Assembly (NCBI GenBank): GCA_002633005.1 | Contig: NMRA01000016.1 | Coordinates: 1,717,766 to 1,781,765, forward strand | DNA from: Phoronis australis | Lineage: Eukaryota > Animalia > Phoronida | Reading direction: 5' to 3' | Length of the DNA stretch: 64,000 bases | Shown here: positions 49,301 to 60,801 of the stretch, piece by piece | Layout: every line of letters begins with the position of its first letter | How positions within the stretch are numbered: the stretch's first letter is position 1 | Made by a program: the position numbers and the translations under genes | The notes under the pieces: generated by a model | Databases searched by the model: none | What the model was told of the DNA's origin: nothing | What the model saw: the letters and a program-made list of their open reading frames with translations, nothing else

Positions 49301-52044
49301 TGAGTCCGTCCTTTCGTCATACACACGTATGAGACATTTCACGAACGTCACCAGGCGAGTTTTTTCGATAGAACTATTAACAGAATTCAGAATTTTAACC
49401 AAGTTACTAAGAGGGCGTGGTCTCCAGAGGTCAATGGATTTTGGAAAATGGGACAAAGGTCCTAACGACAAATTTAAGATTCTAATCTAGAAAACGCGTT
49501 GTTCGCGTAGTAACTCCAGACGGATTATTTAGAATTTGTTCACAATTAGTACAATGGTACACATGCATGGTGTTCAGAAACAAATCAAATTTGTTTAGCT
49601 TGACCTCATTTTGGTCAGTGAGAAAGGTTGATTAAAAAATATAGTTGACCGTACATTACAAGAAGGAAACGCGTATCCTTAACTATAGATCTCTTGATGT
49701 GACCAATAGATGGCGTGTAAAAAGACTAATAATAATTCTTACTAATACCAATCTACGCGTTGTTTTATGACAGCGCCATTCATATTTTGCATTATTATCG
49801 ACCTGAATTTATATGAAATTATTTCCTTGGAGACAGGAGCTGAGGACCATGGCGTACTCTGAATGAATAAGGCATGTATGAATTTTTGGCATTGTTGCTA
49901 TTTTTGGAAATTGAGTCATTAAATTTCCTTTCCATTCCAAGCCAGGCCTACTAATGACTCAGTTCTTCTTTCCATACACTCTGAGGTGCCTACGGTTTAA
50001 AAGATTGTTACATGCAAGAAATGCGCGCCGCTGTGATTGAATATCTCAAAAGGGCGCACAAACGAACAGTTTAGATCACGTTGTGTACAGGAAAGCTATC
50101 AGAGTTAAGATTTACCAGTCCTAAGATAGTTCTTAGCCAGCGAAACATAGTAATCAAACCACAGCCTGTAATTGAACAAGCGCGGCATTTTGATAATCCC
50201 GGCTTTGTCCTTCTGCACTGACCAAAATGCATCGAAGATGCATATTATTTCATTTGTTCATGTATCTCTTTTGTATATTAAGATCTGCACTTCGACGAAG
50301 GGGCACAAAATATTGCAATTTACGTTTTCTGTGTACAGCAGACTAACCTCTTTTCGATCTTCGCGGCCATTTTTTCTGGGTTCCCAACTGGAGACTTGAT
50401 GGAAGTGGCTGAAACAGCGAAACATCTGTTGTTAAATAATGGTTAGAAGTAATATACATCAAAATAAGACAGGATAAAACGTGTGGAAATTTACTTTGCC
50501 TTACGTAGTCTCAACGTGCAATGACCTGAGTAAATTTTTGTTACATTTGGAAATTTATTAGTTTTGAAAACAGGATAATGACAGCTTATACAAATTAAAA
50601 CCTCTTCATACTAATAGAGCAGGACTCAAGAAGTGGTAACTCTATTGTCTGAAGAGTGTTTTTCTTAATACAAAAATTATATGCAGAGTAAAAATCTTCG
50701 ATCTTGATCTTGGAGCGAGAAGTTTTATTCATTTCATTGGATTGATATGAGATAAATATTCTACGCATTTGTAAAGCTCTCCATTGACAAATTTCATGTT
50801 TTTTCTGTCGTCTTATCTTTTTATGTTAGCTCCTCTTTGGCTATTGATGTTCTCTTATAAGATATCTTAATTCCGTGCCCATATTTCAATGATCATAAAT
50901 AGGGAGTCAAGCCCTTAAATTAAAGACGTCTGCATGAAAGGAACCCCAATTATTGTATTCAGAGAACTCAACTTAGAGGTTGCTCTCAGCCAAAGCCAAG
51001 TGGTGACTAAGTAATGAAAATTAAACAGCATACGAATTAAAAAGTTCTGATAACACAGCCAAAATAAACTCTATGATTTGTTGACAAACTGACCCACAGG
51101 TGGCGCCGGTCGTCGACATGAGTTGAATCGCTTGTCGGCCGCTGCTTCTCCTAAGGATGCGATCTTCACAAAACTGTCCAGGAATATCAATTTATTTTGT
51201 CTGTGTTACCCGAACGTTCTAATTCATGCGTTCTACCAGCCAACAGAACTTTTTTAGTAGCAAAACAGCGTAAGAGTGGGCAATCATATGCACTTAAGTC
51301 CACAAATCTGGTGAAAAATTAAATTAGGAACATAGCCGAGTGCCCATTTAGGACTGTTTCACGCAACCACGAACAGAATTGAATAGTTTGAAAAGCACCT
51401 CGGCTTTCAAAATCTTCCGTAAGAAACACCCGCGGCAATATAGAACATAATGCGTCACTAAACGTAATTCAATTCCGTGCTTATTGAAATCAATTAGACC
51501 AAAACGTTTCTCGTGCCACCATGGCAATTGAATCGAGTGAGCCAGCAGCTATCTGTAGCATTCTACATAATTTTTGATGTTCGATTGTATACTTTTTAGT
51601 CTCTGTCATGGACGACGGGTTCTCACCACCCTGCATTCTGACGTGTGCACAGTCAAAATTGCGAATGTGCAATCAACATTAGATCATTGAATTTGTGCAG
51701 TTTACCGTGCTTACGATATGAATCTTCAAACACAAATTCTGCTAACCTGAGCTAGTTGATACGTGCAAAATTGCTCTCTTCAATTAGTTCTAATTTCTCA
51801 CCTGGCCATTGACATTTCGATCCGCCGCGAATTCTGCAGACAAAGCGTTGACTTTTTTCTGAAGTTCCGCGACCTCCTTTGTGAGAGTTGAGAAGTAGAT
51901 CACCGTTAGCACAGCTGAAATGGCTAGAAAGAGAGTCAACAGGCTGACAGCATGTCTTTTCAAGAACGACACGAGACAACACTGCTGATGCAGCGTCCCA
52001 GTTTTATCGCCTGAATAACGAGGAAGTTCACCTGCAGTCGACAT
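40322..52044 (-). CDS. TNF superfamily ligand B (paralog of A), 6 exons, 268 aa
   Basis: Exons 52044-51802, 50408-50348, 47427-47350, 45908-45755, 43192-43103, 40502-40322. All introns are GT-AG, phases 0,1,1,2,2, total 807 nt with an open frame. TM segment AVSLLTLFLAISAVLTVIYF, coiled stalk, RRSKR, then GAYVPVSHL / LSW / KINKEGLYQVYSQVTY / TLISS / DSLYQAGVFRLKYGDKLFV / TFFGVFLV. Confidence 0.88.
42495..42922. mobile_element. MITE with ~70-bp inverted arms containing a duplicated GTGAACTTGGAAT motif
   Basis: gcgtgaacttggaatcc..ttaatctcaagattaagtggaagtaagtgttgcgtgaacttggaat versus attccaagttcactcaacactcacttccgcttaattctgagattaagaaggattccaagttcacg. Confidence 0.75.
44120..44650 (+). mobile_element. 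hAT transposase relic (THAP12/PRKRIR-ZMYM-like, DUF4371 region), pseudogenised
   Basis: From 44403 the plus strand reads MVKWIVFCGQR..VAL(frameshift)GHRDDSYENVNKGNLKALVDFRIEAG...LETCPKNA*YTCKTTQNSILGCIK, matching the family motif FCGRQxIxLRGHRDD...GNFxALxxFR...KNAxYxSxxxQN. Confidence 0.75.
46198..47174 (-). mobile_element. Non-autonomous Kolobok-type DNA transposon carrying a THAP domain relic, in intron 3 of TNF gene B
   Basis: Imperfect TIRs of ~125 bp (AGGCGAAGACAACCTTTTTTCATGTCA... / ...TGACATGAAAAAAGGTTGCCTTCGCCT) with TTAA on both sides (46194-46197, 47175-47178). Internal ORF 46909-46607 reads MPRCCCVPGC..LHRFPK..RRTW...DYDRDMYAEL...RLKK (THAP). TTAA TSD, RR..YY termini and THAP together fit Kolobok. 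Confidence 0.85.
47743..48056. mobile_element. Short non-autonomous hAT-like element (CAGTGG.GGAT...GGATCCGCCCC); relatives at ~300-527, 6250-6396, 7483-7647 and ~45150-45490
   Basis: GC-rich termini of the CAG(G/T)GGCGGATC / GATCCGCC(A/C)CTG type with G/C runs, recurring in the window. Confidence 0.55.
49250..49700. repeat. (CCGT)n microsatellite at 49269-49310, within a probable DINE-1/HINE-like interspersed repeat
   Basis: catccgtccgtccgtccg... followed by sequence with the layout typical of invertebrate Helentron-associated repeats. The family assignment is inference. Confidence 0.45.
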
Positions 52045-52199
52045 TTTGTGTGGACACTGATAACAGCGTAGTTATCTTGCATTGGCAATGGTAACCAGAT
52101 GACCGTTAACGGACCGTGAGTGAGGTCTTCTGTTGCATGCAGTCTGTGCAGGATTACAATAAACAAGCATACACTTTTTCAATTCATAACTGCGGACAA

Positions 52200-52430
52200 G
52201 TGACAAAATCGAAAGCACCAATCAAATGCTACATGTATAACACGGGGCGTGGTTACGATTGCAAAATATACAGTAAGTTCACCGCCACGCCTCTCATTGT
52301 TTACTCAAAACACCGATTTTTCGCGGCACAAAACTGTGGAGGTCAATAATTTTTTGATATTTACGGTTTAAGTTTTTAACATTCCACAACCACCGCTCAT
52401 AAGTCTCGTAGCAACCAATGAAAAGCTTCC
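52200..52430 (-). promoter_or_regulatory. Putative proximal promoter of TNF gene B
   Basis: GC/KLF boxes (ggggcgtgg 52244, ccacgcc 52284) and CCAAT motifs (52218, 52415) lie 170-370 bp upstream of the ATG. Motif evidence only. Confidence 0.3.
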
Positions 52431-55400
52431 CATAAACACGCGACAGCCACTACAACAATTTTACCTGTAAACCCCTAACCCGAGTATCTTAATTTCGAAA
52501 GAAAACGCTGCGTGAACTATTGAGCACACGTAACTAAACAGTGTAAAAACGATTGATTCGGCGAGATCTGGCGAGATCTCTGTCGCACCCTAGACACAAC
52601 ATAATTCGATTTCAAAATTTAAGACTCGTACAGTCAAGTGCAACTGTGTTGTAAATAAACATTGACTTATCAGAAAACTCAATTTGTTACTGGACTTTCA
52701 AAAGTTAGCGCCTCTCAATGAGTTACGAAGAGATATCTCTATCGCAAAAACAGAAAATCACAACGACAACTCGGTCAATCATGTGGTATTTAAAATTCAA
52801 GTTTAAGGTTACATGTACGTGTACCCCAGTTTAACAAAAACACCACTAAAGCATTGGCACTAACTATAGAAAATTCCAAAGTTTTCATACAGAAAATTTG
52901 GTGAATGCTGGAGGACAGACTTTTTTCACATCAATGTAACTTTTAAAACGACATTTTTGACTAAAAAGCATGGTCACGTGACCACGAGAATGGCACAGTG
53001 TTGAGAATGACATTATTTGCATCGATGCCTAGTTTCAGAAAGAAATCCATTCATGAATTTACAGTCACTAGAAAAGGCACCATTCTAATCAAGAGCACAC
53101 GTCACCTTAAATCTAGAAAACCGTAGAACATACTCTAAACGAGTTATTACAACATCAAATAATCAATCCACAAGTAATGTATTGGTGATTATGAGTGCGT
53201 AGTTTCATAACCTGTTTGTGTTTTGGATCAGATTTTACTTGACACAAAGAGTTCGGCGATTTTTAATTCTAACCATGATTTTAAGTCAATAAATGAGTCC
53301 ATTGATAAAACAGGAGAGCACTAAGAATATTTAAATAAGAGTATTTTCAAGTTTACATGAGTTTTCGTGGTTTTAGAACTGCCACGGAACTTGACTGGGG
53401 GATCCTTAGGAATCCCCGTCAGTTCGTTAGTGTTGAATGAATCTGTCTGTGATAAAAACATGACAGTATTGCAGAGAGCGTAAGAAAGAAGTAAAGAACG
53501 CAACTCGATACGACAGCGTAGGTAAATATCACGGGAAGATAACATATGAATTGTATTCTACAGACGATTACGTTAGTGCCGTTGTTGGACTACATTCAAG
53601 TTGAGGTTCACAATATCTGACACCGACACATACAAGAAATCATCAGTAATGTTCTGTTTTTTACTAATTTTTTGTCCCTTGAAACTACGCAGTTGAATAA
53701 ATGCCAGTGATATCTCCGTTTTCCGACAACGAACATTGGGATAAGACCTGTTTACAGATCTGACCTCAAATAAAGTTCTTTGGTCAAAGCGAACGTCACG
53801 AAACAGTTTTAACGACTATTTTAAAAACTTGATCGAAGGTGCACATATAATTTCCAGAAACTTAGAACAGAACAACACAAAATCATTTTCTATTTCTTTT
53901 ATTGCCAACTAGACATATCATCGTTGCTAAAACCAAACTCAATTTAGCCAACTAATTTACTTCCTCATTACTTATGAAACACTTGCAAAAAATACCACTT
54001 GAACCATTTTCACGTTTACGTTTCCTTAGCCTTATATTATACTCGAGAATCATGCGGGTAATGTTAACACAGAAAGTGGCGTCATGCTGATATCACGAGG
54101 GCACTGGAACAATGAAGCAATTACAATGAACCGGTAATAAAATACGTAGCGTACATTATCCTTCTAAGCTTGAATGGCAAAGAACTAACGTGTAATAACG
54201 CGACATGTACGACTTGATCCATAGCGAGGCATAAGGTGGCACTCAATATTTTTTTGAGTCACAGTTGAATAAATCTCCCGGAATTTCATAAGAAAACGTG
54301 ACACCGGCTGGGTTGGCCGGGCATTTCAAACTCTGTGCTGCACGTGAAGGCTACGGATGGCATTTGCTTGATTTTTGCACCTGTTCTGAGTGAAAGATTG
54401 TCAACTGTTGACCCCTTGATCCACTTTTTGCTCAGCTATGGCTTTTCTTAAACCTTTTCTGCTTGCAAGTGAGAAGTTCAAATTTAGCAGGCAGTTCTTT
54501 CCAAACACTTTGGATTTGTAAAAAATCTCGCTGGTAGACACCCACTTTCCACCTGATTTCTGGAATCTGGAGAGTTTTGACAGTCTGAATGCACTTTCTC
54601 TCAATTATGGTGGTCGTCACACTACCGAACAGTAAACTGAAAGGGGTTTCCCAGATTTCAAACAATGGGGCTGACTGAATGTTATGACGTAAGTTTCGTT
54701 ACTTCAACCAATGGGAAGCCATGATAAACAGCATTCCACAGTGCTAGCTTTCGTGGCACAGTGGAAGAGTGTACTTTCCAAGTGAGCCAGGTGCACTTCC
54801 AGTATAATCGCAAAAGGTGAAATATTAACTTTAGAATCAGTTTCAATAGACTTTATGCAATATACTCTTCAAATTTCCAGATCTTGTACATCCTGAGGAG
54901 ATTGGTGGAGCTGAATCGACCTGGTTTTTCAATTTCCAAATCAGCGACTCTGAACTGTTGAGTGCCAAAAGATGACAACAGTGAAGCACAACAGGCTCTA
55001 CAGATGGCGCTCACATGTACTGTACATTGTACGACTTGATTCACTGCGCAGCATAGGGATGAGCGCAATAATGCACAACCAAGTTTGAAAGGGCAATAGT
55101 CGGATATAGTGTGCCCGTATTTAGAGAACCACTTTGATGCCCGTTATTCAGTGGAGAAAACTGGTTCTCAAAGTTCGGGCACGTTATACCTGACCATTTC
55201 CGAGTTTTCTTAAGTTTTTTCTCAACAGATCCTCGGCTCAGCAGATATTTGCCGTATCTAGACCACTCGTTCGATTAGTAGGAATTCCTCGGGTCAGTCC
55301 GCCTCTGTCATTATCAGGCTCGGGCGTGTAACAACCAACATATTGACCTCAGTGAAAACTGATGAATAGTTGTATATTTGTATGACCGTATCCGACGTAG

Positions 55401-55619
55401 GTACATGTGTATTGATACTATCACCAACAATGACACACATGTCCTCGTTGCGTCAACGGATGACTTACATCTCAAAAGTGTATATTATTTCACACGGTTT
55501 ATTTCAAATTTCATAAATAACATTATCATGACATTATTCAGTTTTAAACTGATAACCAGAAAATCTCGTTCAAAAGGTATGGCATTGTGACATTTGATGT
55601 CTCTTACTGATTCGAGCCG

Positions 55620-55960
55620 ACAAACTCAATTAAAATCTCTAGATTTCCATTCGAATCTCTAGAGTTGAGTTCAGACTTCAACTATATTTCTGGAGTGTTG
55701 GGGTACTCAGGTCCAAATTAGGACAGACCAAGGCCATCAAGATGTATTATATTCAAGCGCTCAAGCTCAGAATAGACACTTATCTAGGGTTCACACTACA
55801 AAGCAGAACGGAAATGATGCTAAAAATAATTCCGAGCCCAGTTTTGAGTACAAAGATATAACCCCGGCCCTGCACCCGATCTCCTGGTTGATCTAATCTT
55901 TGTACTCAAATTCATGCACCGGTGTACTGCCATTGTGTGTCAAGTTTCAAGTTCGGATTT
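55620..55960. repeat. Dispersed GAGTACAAAGATTAGA-family repeat with a local inverted arrangement; relatives at 50-300 and 31740-31945
   Basis: tttgagtacaaagat (55843) ... atctttgtactcaaa (55896). The same motif occurs at 249 and 31929. Confidence 0.55.
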
Positions 55961-56281
55961 GAGGCACTGGCGACGGGTCTCTTCGTTGGTAAGTTCTGTG
56001 AATAATTTCGGTTGGCTATTCAATAAATAGAACGTGTCGTGTGTTCGCGGCGATGTGTTGATAAACAAATGGCAATCTTACGAAATACGTTATCAGGTTC
56101 GAAACATGACCTACGTGATTTGGCACACAGCTAATGCGTTCACGTGGGTTCCATACGCGCACCCAGCATAAAAGGGGGGGGGGGGCTCGAATTTTTGAGA
56201 ATGTGGACCTTTTACTTAGTTTCACGGGGTACGTGCTATGGATTGTGCATTCGCCAAATTTTGTTATTCCCTGACTTTTTA

Positions 56282-57018
56282 NNNNNNNNNNNNNNNNNNN
56301 NNNNNNNNNNNNNNNNNNNNNNNNNNNNNNNNNNNNNNNNNNNNNNNNNNNNNNNNNNNNNNNNNNNNNNNNNNNNNNNNNNNNNNNNNNNNNNNNNNNN
56401 NNNNNNNNNNNNNNNNNNNNNNNNNNNNNNNNNNNNNNNNNNNNNNNNNNNNNNNNNNNNNNNNNNNNNNNNNNNNNNNNNNNNNNNNNNNNNNNNNNNN
56501 NNNNNNNNNNNNNNNNNNNNNNNNNNNNNNNNNNNNNNNNNNNNNNNNNNNNNNNNNNNNNNNNNNNNNNNNNNNNNNNNNNNNNNNNNNNNNNNNNNNN
56601 NNNNNNNNNNNNNNNNNNNNNNNNNNNNNNNNNNNNNNNNNNNNNNNNNNNNNNNNNNNNNNNNNNNNNNNNNNNNNNNNNNNNNNNNNNNNNNNNNNNN
56701 NNNNNNNNNNNNNNNNNNNNNNNNNNNNNNNNNNNNNNNNNNNNNNNNNNNNNNNNNNNNNNNNNNNNNNNNNNNNNNNNNNNNNNNNNNNNNNNNNNNN
56801 NNNNNNNNNNNNNNNNNNNNNNNNNNNNNNNNNNNNNNNNNNNNNNNNNNNNNNNNNNNNNNNNNNNNNNNNNNNNNNNNNNNNNNNNNNNNNNNNNNNN
56901 NNNNNNNNNNNNNNNNNNNNNNNNNNNNNNNNNNNNNNNNNNNNNNNNNNNNNNNNNNNNNNNNNNNNNNNNNNNNNNNNNNNNNNNNNNNNNNNNNNNN
57001 NNNNNNNNNNNNNNNNNN
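56282..57018. other. Assembly gap (N run)
   Basis: Direct reading. Confidence 1.

Positions 57019-57074
<56 letters not shown>
57019..57074. repeat. (TC)n microsatellite at the gap edge
   Basis: Direct reading. Confidence 0.95.
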
Positions 57075-57429
57075 ACACAGACACACTCATGTTAATAAAG
57101 AATATACAGAACAACTCGAACACTTTTTACATTTCCAGGTCAACGTCCTTTGATAACAACAAGCGTAGAGCGTAGATAAAGTACAACGTATGATAAAGAC
57201 ATTTAAAATACAAGATAGAGATTGTAAACACGGTAACCGATTACACTATTTACAATATACACAGTCACATGTTCTTCAATCGGTGTCAGTCAAGGCATTT
57301 ACAAAGAATCAAACTCATTAGTACGTATAGACCTTTCTACATGCCAATGAAAGCCCAATGCTATTCCTTATGTGCCATTCATTGATTACCCGACTTGTCT
57401 CCATTGAGGTGCTGGGAACATCTCGGCAG

Positions 57430-57848
57430 AGTTCAGTTGCTATCTCGCGGCAAGAAAAATCTAGCCAAAACCACGCGTGTTCTCATTTTAAATACACATC
57501 AATATCTCACGTAATCTCGCGAAGTCTTCATAGCATTATATTGTCGTGATAGACCCTATGGAGTTGGCGAACACGGAACTCTGTACTGCCAGAAAACCGC
57601 AAGTCCTTCCGTTCCATGACTCTTTATTGTACTTCAATCTGACAGCATTAGGATAAGAGCTGCCTGAAGAATTTTAATCTTAAAAGATGCTGGATTTCAC
57701 TTTCCGCCCTTTTCGTGAAAGGAAACAGATCCAGTGGTAATAGTGTGTCCAGCGTATACTCCCTCAAGCCCCTAAGTTCGCTTCACAGTCAGAATAGCGC
57801 TTACTGATTTTTAGCAAGGTCCTAGCGTACCTAATAGCCTTACTGAAC
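57430..57848. mobile_element. ~150-bp MITE family copy 4, split by a ~280-bp insertion
   Basis: The family sequence stops at gcgaagtctt (57528) and resumes at g.tttttagc.aggtcctagcgt (57806). Confidence 0.7.
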
Positions 57849-57989
57849 TCTACCCCGGATATCTCAATGGTGTTCAGTACTACTGGTGAGAAGTCAGATG
57901 CCTTTACTGCAGATGGGGAATGGAATAATCTATACACCAGCTACAGGAATAATACGGCGGCTCACACGGATGAACATAGCTGTTCAATT

Positions 57990-58515
57990 ACAGTACACAG
58001 GCCGTTCAACTCGATCAGTTCACTCGTACTCTTAAACCGTTGCCCGGATTCACAAAACAGGGCTTGCGTCCGCGCACCCAGAAAACACGGATCTCAGGCT
58101 CACATCAACTATAGAACACGAGTGACGGACTGGAAACACGGCTCTAGTACTTATAAACGCGGCTCGCAGATTCTTTGCCGGCGTCGCTGCTCACCCAATA
58201 GTCCACCAGATGTGTGACCGTGTGAATAGTGCAGACAGCTTCGCGGAGAATCAAGATCGCCAAACCAAATTTTGCTATTGATTTCACAACAGAGAAACAA
58301 TTTTTAATTACCTTCATTTTATAATATTTGATTAGTAAAAGACGAAGTTAATGATACCACGTTACAGTGAAATATGTTTAGAAAGTAGACATTTTGTCTA
58401 CTAAGAGCCGTATTTGCAATCTGTGGGCCGTGTTTCAGTGTTAGTGGGTGCGAGTCCATGAGCCGTACTTTTCGAGTGATCAAGCCGTGTTCTGCAAGTC
58501 CGTGAGCTGCGTACA
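57990..58515. mobile_element. Degenerate foldback element with AACACGGCTC-like subrepeats
   Basis: Repeated aacacgg(a/c)tc motifs on the left arm are mirrored by gagccgt(g/a)ttt motifs on the right arm. Confidence 0.5.
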
Positions 58516-58794
58516 CAAACGAAGAACTTATTGTGTGAGCAGTGTTGTTCGGTTAGCCTGACACGTCACTGTGATTGTATTATGGGGCTGTCGCAAACCC
58601 ATTCAACAATTCCCCACCTTGTCCTACTAAATAATAGTCTACACTTTTGCTTATTGAAAACTCGGAATAGCTTTAGAATTGCATTCCATTTTTCATATTA
58701 TTCGAAAATTTAGAATGTGAGCGATGTTTGAAACTGAAGATTTCCCAGTCAGTCGCAGTCATTTTTGTCTTTTTACGCGAAACTGTGATGCGTT

Positions 58795-59061
58795 TTACGG
58801 TGAAAGCCGAATAAGTCCGAAAAATGTGCGATCTTTCTCGAAGTATATTTGAGCCGAGGGGAAGTAATGGGATACGACGATGACGTCGTCAGCTTGAAAC
58901 CGATGGAGGGCGCCCCCGACACATGTCTCAGAAGTATCCCCATCCTTTTCAAAATCGCTAAACACACACGTAACAAGGTCCAATAAAACTTCACCACCTC
59001 CTTTCGCTTTCTTGATCTTCACAAACATTGCGTTGGAGTCCATGTCGTTGAAAAACACCAC
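58795..59061 (-). CDS. Terminal exon encoding the C-terminal part of an Eiger/EDA-like TNF domain (exon C)
   Basis: Acceptor tatcgttgcag|GTG (phase 0). VVFFNDMDSNAMFVKI...LVTCVFS...SETCVGGALHRFQADDVIVV...IYFEKDRTFFGLIRLSP*. The Cys pair in strands E and F and the TFFGLIRL ending are typical of the EF-disulfide TNF class. Confidence 0.82.
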   Translation of the reverse strand: MVFFNDMDSNAMFVKIKKAKGGGEVLLDLVTCVFSDFEKDGDTSETCVGGALHRFQADDVIVVSHYFPSAQIYFEKDRTFFGLIRLSP

Positions 59062-60208
59062 CTGCAACGATACACGTCGACGGAGTCTGAAAAGTTAACT
59101 CAAGTTCTTTTTAAAACTTAGCTGATCCATACAGTTCTCGGTTCTACATTTGTGGTTTGATTCAGCGGCAGGTGCGGGAAAAAATTACCAAACCATTGAA
59201 GAGTTGGAATGCAGAAAATTGCAGTTCAAACGTACTGACAACAGTAAAATCAGCCCCCCGAGACGACGGACTTTATGTAGACCTATGTTTGTTGTTTTAC
59301 TGCAACAATATTTGCTGAAGTGGCGTGTGAAGATGATTTTTTCTTTGGCGTGCCCAACACGGTGCTAGCCATACGACCGGGCGCACATAACCTTCGACAA
59401 AAGGGGCCCCGAAACATGATAGTCTGCTCATTTATGACGATTGGTTGTTTGGCACGTCTGAAGTCAATTCATTTAACAAAAACATGTAATAATGGTCGAC
59501 AAGGACAACAGAGATAGAGAGAGGATCGAGGGAGGATGGGAGCGAGGGGAGAGGGAGGGATCAGTGAGGGAGGGAGGAGAGAGTGAGGGGGAGAGAGAGT
59601 CTATAGGGGTTCGGAACACCTTGCTAAGTCACTTAAGCCACCTCCTCATTACTGTCAGGTTAACTTTCTATTATTACGGTGGATATCCACGTGACATTCC
59701 CGATGGGGCATTTGGCTTTGTCAATAGCTATACATTCGAGTTTTATATCGTAACACGATCTTCTGAAGCAATGCGAAGAGTTGCTATTCAAAATGCAGTG
59801 TCGGGAAGCAATCGTTTATTGTTGTGTTTTTTCGTGCAGTCTAATTCGCTCAGTGCATCCAGACCACCTCGGATATGTTCCCAAGTCTCAACTTTCTTCT
59901 CGAAGTGAACGTTATCTGCACATCCCACGAAATTTGTAACATGTAGTGTGCATGAGCAAAACTTTGCCAGCAGCTCCCCGGCATCGGAAAGAACAATCGC
60001 TAGCAATGTAAAAGTTAAGGGGATAACTACTCAAGTTGTCAATAGCATGTATAGACTATAGTACACTGTATATGGACCGCCAACTCCGTAACTATACTTT
60101 CAATGGACGAAATCTGTGCAACAACGTCATATTCACTAGCGACACCTGGCCAAGTTATCTGGTGTTATTTCCGGCAAGCACAACGTCTGCTAATCACGGT
60201 CGCAGAAT

Positions 60209-60801
60209 GGTGAATGTTGGCCAAATCTCCTTTTGTCCCCTGACGTCACAAGCATACTGGCGCCCCCAGTGGAGGCCCTGAGAACTCGTAAATAAACCGA
60301 GTTCATGAACCCGGTAGTTTCTAGCCTAGCAACGGCCGAGCCAGGCTGGCGAACAGACTTGTATTTATTGTAGGACGTTGAGTATCGTTTTTTTTCTAAA
60401 AACATAATGCATGGTATATAATAATGAATGGTATATAGCATCAATTAATTATGATTGAAAGATTCCTTTTTAGTCGAGCATAAATAAGGCTATTTCGCGT
60501 GGGGATAAAACTTTGGCTCTGCCGTGTGTAACACAGAAGAACATTTGGATGGTGTTGCAGGATTGCGAGAATGAATATTCCAATTTTGTTAATTTATTGG
60601 AACAATATTAATTTTCTGAAAGGTATGACATGCAACATTATTCAAAAAACACACTAAAACATAGCGACTCTAGAAAAATCATACAGAATACTTTAATCAC
60701 AGTCGCCAGCATGCTTGTTTACGAGTTCTCAGGGCCTCCACTGGGGGCGCCAGTATGCTTGTGACGTCAGTGGACAAATGGGGATTTGGCCAACATTCAC
60801 C
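60209..60801. mobile_element. MITE / foldback with ~85-bp near-perfect inverted arms
   Basis: ggtgaatgttggccaaat...tgacgtcacaagcatactggcgcccccagtggaggccctgagaactcgtaaa is mirrored at 60718-60801. Confidence 0.85.

Noticed and set aside
56016-57175. Long ORFs with ERER/SLSL runs
   Set aside because: Produced by the N gap plus the (TC)n microsatellite.
59492-59908. 138-aa plus-strand ORF
   Set aside because: Driven by a GA-rich low-complexity tract; no recognisable domain.
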